Positions 28,329 through 42,456 of a DNA stretch of 64,000 nt are shown here, one piece after another (within the stretch, counting starts at the first letter, position 1; every line of letters starts with the position of its first letter). A program made the translations under genes and the position numbers. The DNA is taken from NCBI RefSeq assembly GCF_006345805.1, contig NC_043015.1, positions 32,674,001 to 32,738,000 on the forward strand, given 5' to 3'. Source of the stretch: Octopus sinensis. Its lineage: Eukaryota. The notes below the pieces were generated by a model. The model saw only the letters and a list, made by a program, of their open reading frames with translations, did no database searches and was not told the origin of the DNA.

Positions 28329-28721
28329 CCACCATCATCCTCATCATCATCATCATCATCACCACACCCCATCATCCTCATCATCATCATCACCACCACC
28401 ACTATCATCCTCATCATCATCATCATCATCACCACCATCATCTCATCATCATCATCACATCATCACCCCATCATCTCTCATCATCATCATCATCACCACC
28501 ATCATCCTCATCATCATCATCATCATCACCATCACCATCATCATCATCATCATCATCATCATCACCACCATCATCCTCATCATCATCATCACCACCACCA
28601 CCATCATCCTCATCATCATCATCATCATCACCACCATCATCCTCATCATCATCATCATCACCACCACCACCATCATTATCATCATCATCATCACCACCAT
28701 CATCCTCATCATCATCATCAT

Positions 28722-28753
<32 letters not shown>

Positions 28754-29165
28754 TCACCACCATCATCCTCATCATCATCATCATCATCACCACCACCACC
28801 ATCACCATCATCATCCTCATCATCATCATCATCACCACCACCACCATCATTATCATCATCATCATCACCACCATCATCCTCAATCATCACCACCACCACC
28901 CATCATCCGCATCATCATCATCATCATCATCACCACCATCATCCTCATCATCATCATCATCATCACCACCATCATCCTCATCATCATCATCATCATTACC
29001 ACCACCATCATCATCATCATCACCATCACCACCACCACCACCACCACCACCATCATCATCATCACCACCATCATCATCATCATCATCATCATCACCACCA
29101 TCATCCTCATCATCATCATCACCATCACCACCATCATCATCATCATCATCACCATCACCACCACC

Positions 29166-29215
<50 letters not shown>

Positions 29216-29338
29216 CAACATCATCATCACCACCATCATCCTCATCATCATCATCATCATCACCACCATCATCCTCATCATCATCATCATCATTACCACC
29301 ACCATCATCATCATCACCACCATCACCATCATCTCCAG
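20250..29338. repeat. ~9-kb compound (CAT)n satellite with higher-order 24-36-bp units
   Basis: CAT backbone with recurrent CAC/CCT variants (unit e.g. catcctcatcatcatcatcatcatcaccaccat) and AAACATCTT-marked subdomains. Confidence 0.97.
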
Positions 29339-29869
29339 CTGTATGGTATCTGAAGAAATGAAACATTTGTTTTCGAGGTGTGCGAGAAAGTGTGTTGCGA
29401 GGAATAAAAAGAGAGAGAGAGAGAAAGTGAGGAGTTATAGGGGAGCGTATGGGTGGTGCATGGTGGTGTGGCTGGTGGAGTTGAGTGAGATGTAAAATGG
29501 AGTGAAGGGTGTGGCTGAGTGAAGACTGTTGGCTTTTTTCTGTACGTTAATAATATCCATAATTGATTAGTGCTACGGCATTAGTAAGACATACACACTT
29601 CTCTGTGGAATCACACAGAGACCGTAAAACAGCCATGCAAATACACACGTATGCACACACACACACACGAACACACAGACGCAAGCACGCACACAAGTAC
29701 ACACACGTATACACACACACACACATACACACGTGCGCGCATTCATACACGCACTCACACCTGCGCACACAATGTAGTTCGTTATCCCTTCCTGTGTTGT
29801 TACACGGAGTTTGAAGGGCTGGAAGTTTCGGCATTTTAACTACTGATACGTGAAAATTTGAGTATGCAG

Positions 29870-29884
29870 TTCTCTCTCTCTCTC

Positions 29885-29939
<55 letters not shown>

Positions 29940-29952
29940 CTATGTATCTATG

Positions 29953-29995
<43 letters not shown>

Positions 29996-30014
29996 TCTAT
30001 CTATCTATCTCTCA

Positions 30015-30052
<38 letters not shown>

Positions 30053-30071
30053 GTATCTATCTATCTATCTA

Positions 30072-30121
<50 letters not shown>

Positions 30122-30225
30122 TATACCTATCTCTCTCTCTTTCTCTCTCTCCCTCTCTCTATCTCTCTCTCTATCTATCTATCTCTATACCTATCTCTCT
30201 CTCTATCTCTCTCTCTCTCTATCTA

Positions 30226-30269
<44 letters not shown>

Positions 30270-30339
30270 CCTATCTATCTATCTATCTATCTATCTTTCT
30301 ATCTCTCTCTCTCTCTCTCTCACTCTCTCTCTATCTATC

Positions 30340-30370
<31 letters not shown>

Positions 30371-30372
30371 TT
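29870..30372. repeat. (TC)n/(TATC)n compound microsatellite
   Basis: Visible runs. Confidence 0.93.
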
Positions 30373-30589
30373 TTTCTTTTACCTTTATTTATTTCAGTCA
30401 TTGGATTGCAGCCTAGTAGTGGAACTGTCTTGAAGGGTTTTAGTCAAACAAATCGGAACTGGTACTTGTTATTCAAGCATAGAATTTATTCTATCGATAT
30501 CATTTGACGAAGCGCTATGTTTTGGGGACGTAAACAACCAGCCCCGTATTTTCTTTCCAGATATTTTAATTAATATGTTATGCAGTGCA

Positions 30590-30802
30590 GCACTGTACAG
30601 TATTTTTATTTATTAATTTATTAATTTTTAAGCGTGAAAATGCTTATTTTACCACAGAAATAATTAAAATCTAAAAATATAGATCCGCGGAAACCCGTGA
30701 TATACCGAGGAGTCCGCGATATATATTTACATATATTAGCCAGAAAAATACGCGATGTACTAAGGCGCGATATGGGAACCGCGATATGGCGAGTGATTGC
30801 TG
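30590..30802 (-). mobile_element. Partial Tc1/pogo-type MITE (one end)
   Basis: Minus strand begins TA|CAGCAATCACTCGCCATATCGCGG, resembling pogo/Tigger-type TIRs, with repeated internal CGCGAT(A) motifs; second TIR not found. Confidence 0.4.
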
Positions 30803-30834
<32 letters not shown>

Positions 30835-30995
30835 TGTATGTATGTATGTATGTATGTATGCATGCATGCATGCATGCATGTATGTATGTATGTATGTATG
30901 TATGTATGTATGTATGTATGTATGTATGTATGTATGTATGTATGTATGTATGTATGTATGTATGTATGTATGTGTATGTATGTATGTATGTATAT
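30803..30995. repeat. (TATG)n microsatellite
   Basis: Visible run. Confidence 0.95.
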
Positions 30996-31109
30996 TACTA
31001 TATCTGTAAATCGCCAAGGTTAACGGATTCTGTTATACACTGATGTTTGCATTCTGCTTCTTCTCATTGTTGTACTTTACGAATGATGTTACTCTGCTGA
31101 ATAAGCGGG

Positions 31110-31278
31110 CAGGCCAAAATTCAGCCCGAACGAAGAACCAGTTTGTCGCAGGAAAAAAAAATCGCGGTTCAAGACTGGAGCAACGTGAAATGAATTTGGT
31201 CACGAACAAAACACACAACTGATCAGGGAATCGAAACTACAATCTTGCGATCGAGAGTGCAACACCCTAAACGCTAGG
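31110..31278 (-). mobile_element. Degenerate tRNA-derived SINE
   Basis: gactggagcaacgtgaaatga..acacaac..gggaatcgaaact (B box on the minus strand)..caccctaa. Confidence 0.6.
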
Positions 31279-31683
31279 ACACACACGGACGCGCGCGCTA
31301 ATACACTTGCATATATGTTTACGTACATACATACACACATATACATAAGGTTCCCACATATATACATACATAGACATATTATGCATAAAAAATAAAAAAT
31401 ACCATTTATGCCAAAAAATCTAAATCGACGATATATTCCTCAAATGCAACATCAATATCTCATAGAAGCCATTTCCTCCTACTCTTCTGTATTCTATCGA
31501 TATTTTGTATTCATTTTTTTTCCTTGACACTTTTTCCAAGAAACTTTTTCTTTACCTTGACTCCCTATAATCTCTGAATATATCTTTCATAATATGTATA
31601 TATAATTCATATATATATATATATACATACATATATATATACATACATATGTGTGTATATATATGTATTTATATATATAATAT

Positions 31684-31794
<111 letters not shown>

Positions 31795-34744
31795 TACATA
31801 TATATATATATATGTGTGTGGTCTGTATATATATATATATATACACGTATACATACATATATATGCCTATGTGTATATATGCTAGTGTTTATCTCGCTCT
31901 TTGTTGCTCCTGTTATGCTTCAATATTCCATTTTCTAAAGTGATCCTAACTTGCCGTTCCGATGTTTACTTTTTTCGAAAATTTCCGTTATTTTTTATGC
32001 GTTGTCATTTTAATCTTACGGTTTTTTCAGTTTCTTTTTTTATAGATTTATTTCTCTCGTTTCCTTTTCCTTCATTTTTTATTATTTTTTCTGTCTTTCT
32101 TTCTATTTCTTTTCATATACATTTCTTTCGCTTTCTTCTCTTATTTTTGTACCTTTTCGGAAACCTTACATTGGTCACTCAGAAATCGGTGGATTTTCCA
32201 GAAATACGGCTCTATAGACTTAATTCGATATCTATATATGTGTGTGTGTGTGTGTGTGCGTATGTGTTCGTTTCCAAATACGCAAGGTGGTATTTCTAAA
32301 ATTCTACTGAAGCCATATTCTATAATTCCTCGAAAGAATGGTTAAGTTGGAAGAATGAAGAATCGCATTTTCGATTCAGTTGTGTTTTGGTCAATATAGT
32401 TATTCTCAGGTCAGTCAGAACAACACATGTTACTGCTTATATTGCGGTTAATATTCACAATAAATTACCTGTCAGTCTGGAGTTGACAAGAAATGTATGG
32501 AAAATTATTTACAACACATCATAAACATGAATTAAATAATTGTATAAAAGAAAATATTTCTATCCTAAATCAATTTACAGTTTATATTCAAAATTGATTT
32601 AGGGCAAAAATATTTTCTTGTATGTAATTTTTTTTATACGATGTTACCCCAAACAAGTTTTAAGATCACCGTAGCGCAAGGGACAACGAAGAAGGAAAAG
32701 AACGGGACCTACAAATTCAGATGATCTTGATTGATAGAAAGGTTAAAGATACGAACAGCATAGACTAGAGAAAAACAAGATGATAGTATTAAGCTCCAGG
32801 GAACATGATTTGAACCAATTCATTTTCAAAAAACTTTTCATAAATTTGTTCTATATATCTATACGATTGTTTCAGGCTTCTAACCATACGACTTATAGCC
32901 CTTATTTCATACAATCTGTGTAATATAAAGATTTCCTTTCACAAGTCCCCAGTTATTCTGGGGATTGAGAAAATTTGGGAATGTATATCGGAAATAAGGC
33001 ATAAACGTCAGGGAAATATGTCCTCTGTATTACAAGTGATACACGGGTCAGTAAAAGGGTTAATGAAAGGAGCTATTTGAACAAAAGGACCTGCGATAAA
33101 ATTATGTTGGTTTCTCATCAAGTTCGATACTATTATTAAATTCAAGATATAAAATACTTTTCTTTATGATTTAAGTTCAGTAATAATTCTCCCATTGGAT
33201 TAGGTTTCGTAATATTATTTATCCATGAGAAATGTATAACGTCCATTAGAGATGTATGAATGAATTTATATACAAAGCTATTTGTAATCTTTACACTGAA
33301 CCAAATATACGATTCTAGCTCCTCTGAACAGCACACTGATCTATGGAAGGTATATTAAGAGAATTTAAGGCGGGTTGCGATCTCACGCAACAATTGCATG
33401 AAGCCATTTTGTCAGTTTGACCCATAAAATGAAAATACTTGTTAACGACCTTGCTTGTCAGTTATTCTGTCATCCGCTTGTTTTATCAATCTTCCTAGAA
33501 GAAAAGGTTATATAAAATGAAGTGGGGTCAGTTATGATGCTGAATGTAGAGGTATTCGCTGTGGTGATATCTGCATATGTTTTATCGGTATAGTATCGGA
33601 TACGTTTGTGATAGCATTATAGAGCTGGCCATAGAAATGCTAATAGTGATGAAGTCTGCAGTCACAATGGTATCTCCGCGGCGGTTTTAAAGCCGGTTAG
33701 AGAGATGTTAGCTGTGACGACATCTTCAATTTTTGTGGTGATATCATGGTGGCAGCGGCAGTGGAGACCGAGAGATGAAGGAACTGGTTAAATATTTTGA
33801 TATTTTGTTCTTCTCGGAGGCAGCTTATTTACTGAGTGAACGCATCTTCTAATTGCTTGTCATGGAAGGTGAAATTACGTTAAATAAACTACGAGAATAA
33901 CGAATAAAGCAGAGAAGTAGAACGAGAATATGACTGAAAGAGAGAAATAGAAGGAAAAGAAAGAAAGAGGGAATAAGAAAGCAGGGAAGAAAGTCTGGCA
34001 GGAAGGAATAAAGAAAGGAATGGATGAAGAAAGTAAGAGGGGAAAGAACCAGAGAAAGAATATAGAAAATGGAACGAGAGAAAAGGAAGAAGAAAAACCC
34101 TAAAGAACAAAAGAATGAAGAAAAAAGAAAAGAAGGAAGAATGATAGAAAGAAAGAATTAAATGGAGAATGAAAGAAGAAGGAAAAAAAAGAAATAACAA
34201 CGACAGCAACAATAATAACAACAACAACAATAAGGGCAACAACGACAACAATAAAGGCAACAACGACAACAATACGGCTGGCAAAGGGAAGCGCACCTGA
34301 TTGTCGTTGTAAGTCTGTTTAGCCGGCGGCTGCTGTCAGTAGGTTTTTGATTGTGAAGCATCACTTTCCAAAAATGGCATTCACGTTTCACTGGTTGGAT
34401 ATTAAAAACAACTACAACATCAACAACAACACGAAAAAGGCACCAGCGAAATGTTCTCTATTTTTCCTTGTTTTTATTTTACTTTATTCCTCTTCTGTTT
34501 TGTTACTGTTGTTGTTGTTGTTGTTGTTTCCCCCCCTCCTTTTCTTTTTCCAGTGTTGACGTTGGTATTCCACTCTGTCGAAGTAAAGGCAACAATTACA
34601 GTCCATATACGGTTCCTTCCATGCTCAGCATACCACAATCTCGCAAGAGTTTCTATAGAACTTCCTGCTTACGTATATGCAATACTCAATCTATCATATT
34701 TTTCTATGTATTATTATTCTTATATTAGTATTACTGATAATATG

Positions 34745-34803
<59 letters not shown>

Positions 34804-34843
34804 GTTGATATTCTGACATATTTTCCTTAAACAACACACACAC

Positions 34844-34874
<31 letters not shown>

Positions 34875-34916
34875 TAGTGTGTTATATATATATGTTATAT
34901 TGTATATATATATATG

Positions 34917-34956
<40 letters not shown>

Positions 34957-34976
34957 ATATATATATATACCTATAT

Positions 34977-35007
<31 letters not shown>

Positions 35008-35120
35008 GGTATATATATATATCCGTAATAATGAAGGGTGAAATTAATTAATTTGGAATAATTATCAATTACACCAAGTAGTCTTCGGCATGTAAAAGCC
35101 TCATTCAGAAAATTTAAGTA

Positions 35121-35290
35121 ATACTAAGCAATAAAGGGTTTAGCACGAATTGCCTTACCACATACCGAATTTAGAAATAGCAGTCAAAGAGTTATAGCTA
35201 TTTCTTCTAGAAGAATAGCTATAACTCTTTGACTGCTATTTCTAAATTCGGTATGTGGTAAGGCATTCGTTGCTAAACCCTTTATTGCTT

Positions 35291-35295
<5 letters not shown>
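35121..35295. repeat. Near-perfect ~175-bp palindrome centred on TCT|AGA (35208/35209), at the end of a putative Penelope-like fragment (35030-35295)
   Basis: Arms of ~85 bp differ by three 1-nt indels and one substitution; no spacer. Confidence 0.9.
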
Positions 35296-35326
<31 letters not shown>

Positions 35327-36294
35327 TGGGGCGCACACACACATATAGGCATATGTTTATATATCTAAGTTTTCGCATCTATATATCTACATCTACTTAT
35401 GTAGATATACATACATACTTGCATACATAAACACATATAAATATCAATCTGTCTGTCTCTATCTGCCTCGCTCCTGTTCTATGACTCTTTCCCTCTTTCT
35501 CTCTGTACATGTATATACATACACATGCATAGATACATGCATATATGCAGATATATGTACAGATACACACACGCACGCGCGTGCGCACACGCAACACACG
35601 CATATCATGTCCTCCATGTTCAAGGGCCGTCATATTAACCCTTGTCCCTCTTACATGTCAACCCACTGAGCACCGTCAGCAATTTTTAATCAGAAATGAA
35701 CAAAAACCGGCTTGTTTACCTCTACTTGTTGTTTGTTGTTGTTGTTGTTAGTGACGGGGCGCGGTGGTTGTTGTGATGTCATCATCATCATCATCGTCAT
35801 CGTCATCTTCGAACTCGCCATCCTTCTCCTCCTCCCCATTATCACGATCACAATCGGGATTATCATCATCATCATCATCATCATCGTCGTCGTAGTCCTC
35901 CTCCTCCTCCTCCTCATCATCATCATCATCAGTGTTGTCATCATTGTCCTCATACCTCCAGCAGCAGCAGCACCACCGCCACCACCACCACCATCGTCGT
36001 CGTCCTCTTCCTCCTCTTCCACATCATCATCCTTCGCTTTTCTGCGTCTTTTCTCTTTATCTTTCTTTTTAGTTGCATTTATTATTTCGCTTGTAATAAT
36101 TTGAAACCATTAATTGCTTGCAGGATACTTGGTGCATCGAACAAAATGCTCAGCGCTATTTCGTCCGGCTCCTTGCGTTGTGTGTTCGCATCCCACCGAA
36201 GCCAATTTCGCTTTTCATCCTTTCGTGGTTGAAAGTACTTAGTTCGATATAATTAGGAAGAAGTATCAGTGTTACAGCAGCAGCAGCAGAAGGC

Positions 36295-36328
<34 letters not shown>

Positions 36329-36428
36329 NNNNNNNNNNNNNNNNNNNNNNNNNNNNNNNNNNNNNNNNNNNNNNNNNNNNNNNNNNNNNNNNNNNNNNNN
36401 NNNNNNNNNNNNNNNNNNNNNNNNNNNN
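36329..36428. other. Assembly gap (100 N)
   Basis: Exactly 100 Ns after a (GTA)n run; typical fixed-size scaffolding gap. Confidence 0.99.
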
Positions 36429-36796
36429 TCTCTATCAAATATATTACACCTTGCTCTTAAAGCTCAATTTTATTCAGTAGGTCCCAATTATGCCATAGTC
36501 TAAATTGAACTGTGCGCAGCATTTGAACAAGTTATTGTAGGTGAGGTGTACGGTAAATATTTCAAGGGAGATTGCGTTGGAGAAACCAATCTGCTTAGTG
36601 GTTTCATATTTCATACTGACATACGTTCATACTTACACCACTCACACTCACAAAAATGCACACACACACGTATATATGTATGTGCACATAAGTATACACA
36701 CACAGCTATCATATATGCATATCTGTGTATATAGATATATTGTGTGTGTGTGTATACAAACAAACATAGTTGTATATACGTATGTACAACACACAC

Positions 36797-36873
<77 letters not shown>

Positions 36874-36889
36874 TGAATGGATGGACAGG

Positions 36890-36990
36890 CTGATAGATAG
36901 ATAGGTAGATAGGTAGAAGACAGACAGACAGACAGATAGATAGATAGATAGATAGATATAGATAGATAGATAGATAGATAGATTGATTGA

Positions 36991-37030
<40 letters not shown>

Positions 37031-37055
37031 AAGACAGACAGACAGACAGACAGAC

Positions 37056-37134
<79 letters not shown>

Positions 37135-37139
37135 AAGAC

Positions 37140-37205
<66 letters not shown>

Positions 37206-37230
37206 ATACATACATACATACATACATACA
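36890..37230. repeat. (TAGA)n/(CAGA)n microsatellite
   Basis: Visible run. Confidence 0.95.
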
Positions 37231-39229
37231 TAAAAATAGGCATATATGTATACGCGATATTTCGTTGATAATTTCGATTCCGTAATAGATGATATTTGAC
37301 CACGAATTGAGATTAAACCTGAAACTACGTTCAGTTTAAGTCAATTCACCGATACATTAAATCAGTGGGGATCATTCAGCTTGCAAGAAACCGCAGGCTA
37401 ATATCCATCAAATCCTTCCTTACAGTTTGGGTAGAGAAGACCTAATTTGATTATGACTTCTGATCCACACTGTCTGAAATTATAAATATTGGATAGTCAC
37501 ATCTTAAACGCATTTGGTCCTAGGTCTGGTAGATAAAGCTGTATAAAAGCTAATATAATCTAAGGGTAAACAACTGCAATAACGAGGACACAGGTAAACA
37601 TGCATTGTATCAGCAATATTGTAGCAAGTCTTGTTGAATCCATCCGGGCCTTTATTGTAAGGTTTGTTGTAATCCTCCAGTGATAAAACCATGTTGTCCT
37701 GGTTTTATAAATACTTTGGGAAATTTATAATGGCAGGTTTGTCTGAGGAGGTCGAATGCTTACGTAAAACAATTTGACGCATGCTCGTCAAAACCTTAGA
37801 GGTTTAATATTATACTGTGGGTCAAAAAAGTAAAAAAAAAATTCTCACAAATCAGAGCAGAAAGAGTAGAAAGTTCACTTTGTAGTTTGGAATTTCGAGA
37901 CTTTTGTTAGTTGTTTGTTTTATTCCATCTTTTCCATCTGATTTATGTTTGTAAGAAAATGGAGCCGAAACGCTCTACTGGCAAAAAAATAAACAAACAA
38001 ACTTCCCTAACAAGGCATTTTTATTCCGATCCTGAAGTTCCTAGCCCTCTCGTAACTTCAATTTGATACTCACTTTCAGACTTCTAAGGGATTGTAAGTT
38101 TATTTTATCTCTTGGGGTTAATACACGAGGAAAGAATTTACCGTTTCAACGATTCTACAACTAGTAGGGAAAAAAGTGAAAACAGTCTACTTGAAGGCAT
38201 CAGAGCATTTTGATATTCTGGTATTTTTTTTTTCAGATATCAACCATTTTTACCCGCTAGTCTCTACAGAGTACCAAACATCATTATTTAAAGATATCTT
38301 TCTGAGTTTACAGACTTACTATCTTTATCTAAAGTTAATTTACTCTACACAATTATGGCCGAGCTTAGTAGCACATTGGCAATTTTGCCTGTGTTTTGCG
38401 GGGATTTATTTGGTTTTTTTCGTTTCATTGTTCTGATATTTTGTTTGTAAAGCAGATACCGGCAAATATGTGATAAGATCCCGAAAAAACGAGACTGCAA
38501 GGCGGTTTCAATTCCCGGTTGAAGCTATTTTATAATAACTAACACAGGTAATTCTCCAGGGAAGAGCATTAAGTCATTAACATCACACGACATTGTCTAT
38601 TCTTCCTCTAAAGTATAGCTGCTCGGTGCCCCGTTCCTATCAGGCAAAAAAAAAAAAAAGTACATTCTATTTATTTGCTATTTATCCAGTTTAGATGACA
38701 TCTTTCACTCGTAATTTTTTCTTCACGTTCTGGTTTTAAGAACTCTGCTATTACTATAACATGCATAACGAGAATTAAAGAAGAAAAAGTGAGTGGAGGG
38801 ACTTAACTAACTTTACCCGAGAAAGCATGAAAAATGGCTATTTCCTTCAGACTTTGTTTTTATTGCATTTATTCTGTTTGAAATGTAATGAAAAATAGAT
38901 CAGTTTGAAAACATTGATTTTCAGGTCACAAAAGCAAAGTTTGAAGGGAATTGTAGTAATTTCATACGATTTCCAGATGGAAGCAAATACACAATAACAC
39001 TTATTAACCGAAGACAAAAGAAGAAAAAAAAGAAAAAAAGAAAATGCTACACGGTGTTGTTGAAAAGCTTAATGACAGAATAAGCGTTTCCTGTAGAATA
39101 GGTATTTGCTGTAGAGTTAACATTTATTGGAAAATAAATACTTACTGTAAACATTTATTGTGGAGTAAACGCTGACTGAAAGATGGGCAATTTTTACAGA
39201 ATGATTAATACTTTTAATAATATTTGTTG

Positions 39230-39450
39230 AGGGGCGGTGAGTGAGCAGAATCGTTTGCACAGCGGGCAAAATGCTTAGCGGCATTTCATCAGTATTTGTG
39301 TTCTCAGTTCAAATTCTGCGAGGTCGAGTTTGCCTTTCATCTTTTCGGAGTTGATAAAATAAGTACCAGTCAGTTGAGTTTTGGGGGGTCAATGCAATCG
39401 ACTAGTCCTCTACCCCTAAATTACAGGCCTTGTGCCAAAATTTGAAACCA
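39230..39450 (+). mobile_element. Full-length degenerate SINE (core family)
   Basis: ggcggtgagtgagcagaatcg..aaatgcttagcggcatttc..cagttcaaattc..gcctttcatcttttcggagttgataaaataagtaccag..ggccttgtgccaaaatttgaaacc. Confidence 0.75.
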
Positions 39451-40019
39451 ATATTTGTAGGGAGATTCGTTATAGTGAAAGAAATAATTACTATAGTCGG
39501 AAAAACTATTAGAAAGCAAACAATTACTAAAGAGTGATCTATTTATGAAGGGTAATTAATTATTGAACAGAGATTAATTATTATTAAAGAATAAATAATA
39601 AGTAATTATTGTAGAATAAGTAATTATTGCAGGGTAGTAAAATAAGTAATTATTGTAGAATAAGTAATTATTGTAGGGTAATCAATTGTGGTATTATGAT
39701 TAAATTGTTATAAAGTAAACAATTATTGAAAACAGTTGTTACGGAGTGAGCGATTAATTATTGGACGGTAAACACAGCAGAATGAACAATCATTGCAGAG
39801 TGAACAATTATTAGACTGATTAAATATTGTAAAGTAAATGTTTTATGTTTATAAATATGTTTTCCAATACTGAACACGAAATCGATTGCCTTGCTGATCG
39901 GATAATAAAGAAATTAATTGGTTCTTGTGTAAGAAATCGAAATTCTAAAATATCTGTAATGTAAATTCCTTTAGATATGCAAATGTGTTTACAGTCCTGT
40001 AAATACTAGCTTTGACCAT

Positions 40020-40372
40020 ATCTCGTCTATGGTACTATTGTTGTAGTTTCCATTACCTGGCACTCCGTCGCTTGCGACGACGAGGGTTTCAGTTTATCCG
40101 ATCAACGGAACAGCTTGCTCGTAAGATTAACGTGCAAGTGGCTGATCACTCCACAGACACCCGTACCCCTTCACGTACTTCTCAGAGAGATTCGGTGTGA
40201 CACAGTATGACAAGGCTGGTCCCTTGAAATGCCGGTATTACTCATTTTCGCCAGCTGAGTGGACTGGAGCAACGAGAAGTCAAATGTCTTGCTCAAGGAC
40301 ACAATGCACCGCCGCGAATAGAACTCGCGACCCTACGATCGCCAGCCGAATACCCTAACCACTGTAGTGCCA
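40020..40372 (-). mobile_element. tRNA-derived SINE
   Basis: ttaacgtgcaagtggctga..ggactggagcaacg..tgtcttgctcaaggacacaa..ccctaaccact; a related plus-strand copy lies at 41650-41920. Confidence 0.75.
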
Positions 40373-41600
40373 AGCCATATGCACGACCCGACAACGTTTG
40401 ACCAAATATGCGTCAGTAACGACCAGCCGTATATTTGTTTATCGAATAATACTTTGTCCAACGTAACCCCATTTTTAAAGCATGATGCAATGTATTTTGA
40501 GATAGAATTAACTGCTATTTCTAGCGGTTTTAAGTAGCTGCGTAAAGACGTCCTTTTTAACTCGATGCTGTTGGTGTTGCAGTTATCGTTCTAGCTTTAT
40601 GTACAGACACCATCCTCCGCTTGAATAATCCAACCCCTATGAGCAATACTCAAGAGCAAGCCGTGGCATGCAGATTATAACTTATGACAATAACAACGTG
40701 TCAATTTGCATTAACTTCAAGCCGTGGTTACTCTGTCTGTAACTTAAGATGTCCGCTCTCACGAGGTAAAATACGACCATTTTAAAGTGATTGTATATAT
40801 TAGTTTTGATTAATATTTTGCTTGGAAATAAATTGTTACGTGGTTTTGTTTCAGAAGAAGATAGCTAGAGTCTTACTTTCCATTGAATTGGATGAGTTCG
40901 TGGAATCATAAATAGCTACGATATTTTATTTTTATATTTTAGTACAGTTGACATTCGACATCCAGACAAATAGTTCCTCTTCGAAGAGTTTATTTAATGA
41001 ATCCATTACATTATGCAGTTTGTGAGAATTGCGATGGCTACTGCGTACAAGTTAACGTTTTTTGTGGGCCAGTGTACTCACGTTTGATAACAGGACAATA
41101 CATAGATTCATAATACATTATCAGTCTTTTATCTGGGGTTTTTTTTTCAGTTATTGGACTGTGGCCATGCTGGGGCACATCCTTGAAGGAATTTAGTAGC
41201 ACGGACCCGACACCGATATTTATTCTATCGGACTCTTTCACCGAGCTGCTAGTTTAAGTGCATAGACAAATCAACCAGTATACCCCAACAAGGGTGTGGA
41301 AGACACACACAAGCACATACACACACACAAGCACACACACACACACAGATACACACACACACATATGAGTATGTACGCAAGGCTTCCACATAATTTCTGC
41401 CTGCCACACGCACAAAAAAAGGATAAATACTGATGTCGATTTCTTTGACTAAAATTTTCGAGGCGGTGCTCCAACATGGCCGCAATCTAATGACTGAAAC
41501 AGGTAAACCAAAGAAAAACGATACATGCTGAAAGTTACGGTCAGCCACGGAACAAACTGAAGTAGACGGCAATTTTTTGATAATAAACATGTGTGTGTGT

Positions 41601-41639
<39 letters not shown>

Positions 41640-41649
41640 GTGTGTGTGA

Positions 41650-41920
41650 AGGCGCGCATCTTAGTGCTTAGGCCGTGAGTTCGATTCTCGGTTGCATTTT
41701 GTGTCCTCGAACAAGTAACTTTATTTTACGTTACTCCAATTCACTCAGCTAACAAGAATGTGTTGTACCTGTATTTTAAGGGGCGGCAGCCTTGTTGCAT
41801 TCTGTATTATACTGAATGATGCGCGTCTATGTGGAGTGGTCAGCCATTTGCACATTAAGTTCCTGAGCGGGCTTTTCCGTTGGCTGGATGAACTGGAACA
41901 CACATCGACGTAACAGACGA
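41650..41920 (+). mobile_element. Degenerate SINE, same family as 40020-40372
   Basis: gagttcgattctc (B box)..gtggagtggtcagccatttgcacattaa is the reverse complement of 40128-40155. Confidence 0.6.
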
Positions 41921-41928
41921 AGTGCCAG

Positions 41929-41971
<43 letters not shown>

Positions 41972-42211
41972 TATTAATATATATAAGGTGTGTGTGTGTA
42001 GCACAAATTTACAGAAAACAAATGACAAAGACAGGTGAGGGAACAACAAGCAGGTGTATAAGTTTGACACGCTCTGAAAGAATGGAAAAGTCTCTGACGT
42101 TTTGAGCCTTCGCTCTTCGACGGAAACGATTGGGAAGAGAAAAGGGGAGAGAGAACGAAAAAACAACGGAGAGAGTAAAAAATGTGTTGGTATTAACAGT
42201 TGAACATGAAA

Positions 42212-42302
<91 letters not shown>

Positions 42303-42456
42303 TGAGAGAGAGAGATTTTAGTGTTTGCTTCTTCTGTCAAGTTATAAAAGAAAGATTATTTATTCTATAAAAGAATCAATTAACGTCACGCTCAAGAATT
42401 ACGCAATTCGGTTTAGCAGAGCTGAAGTATATTGACCTTTTACAAGTAGACGTGTG

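Noticed and set aside
29360-29385. CTGAAGA-AAT-GAAAC motif
   Set aside because: No room for stem II; chance match.
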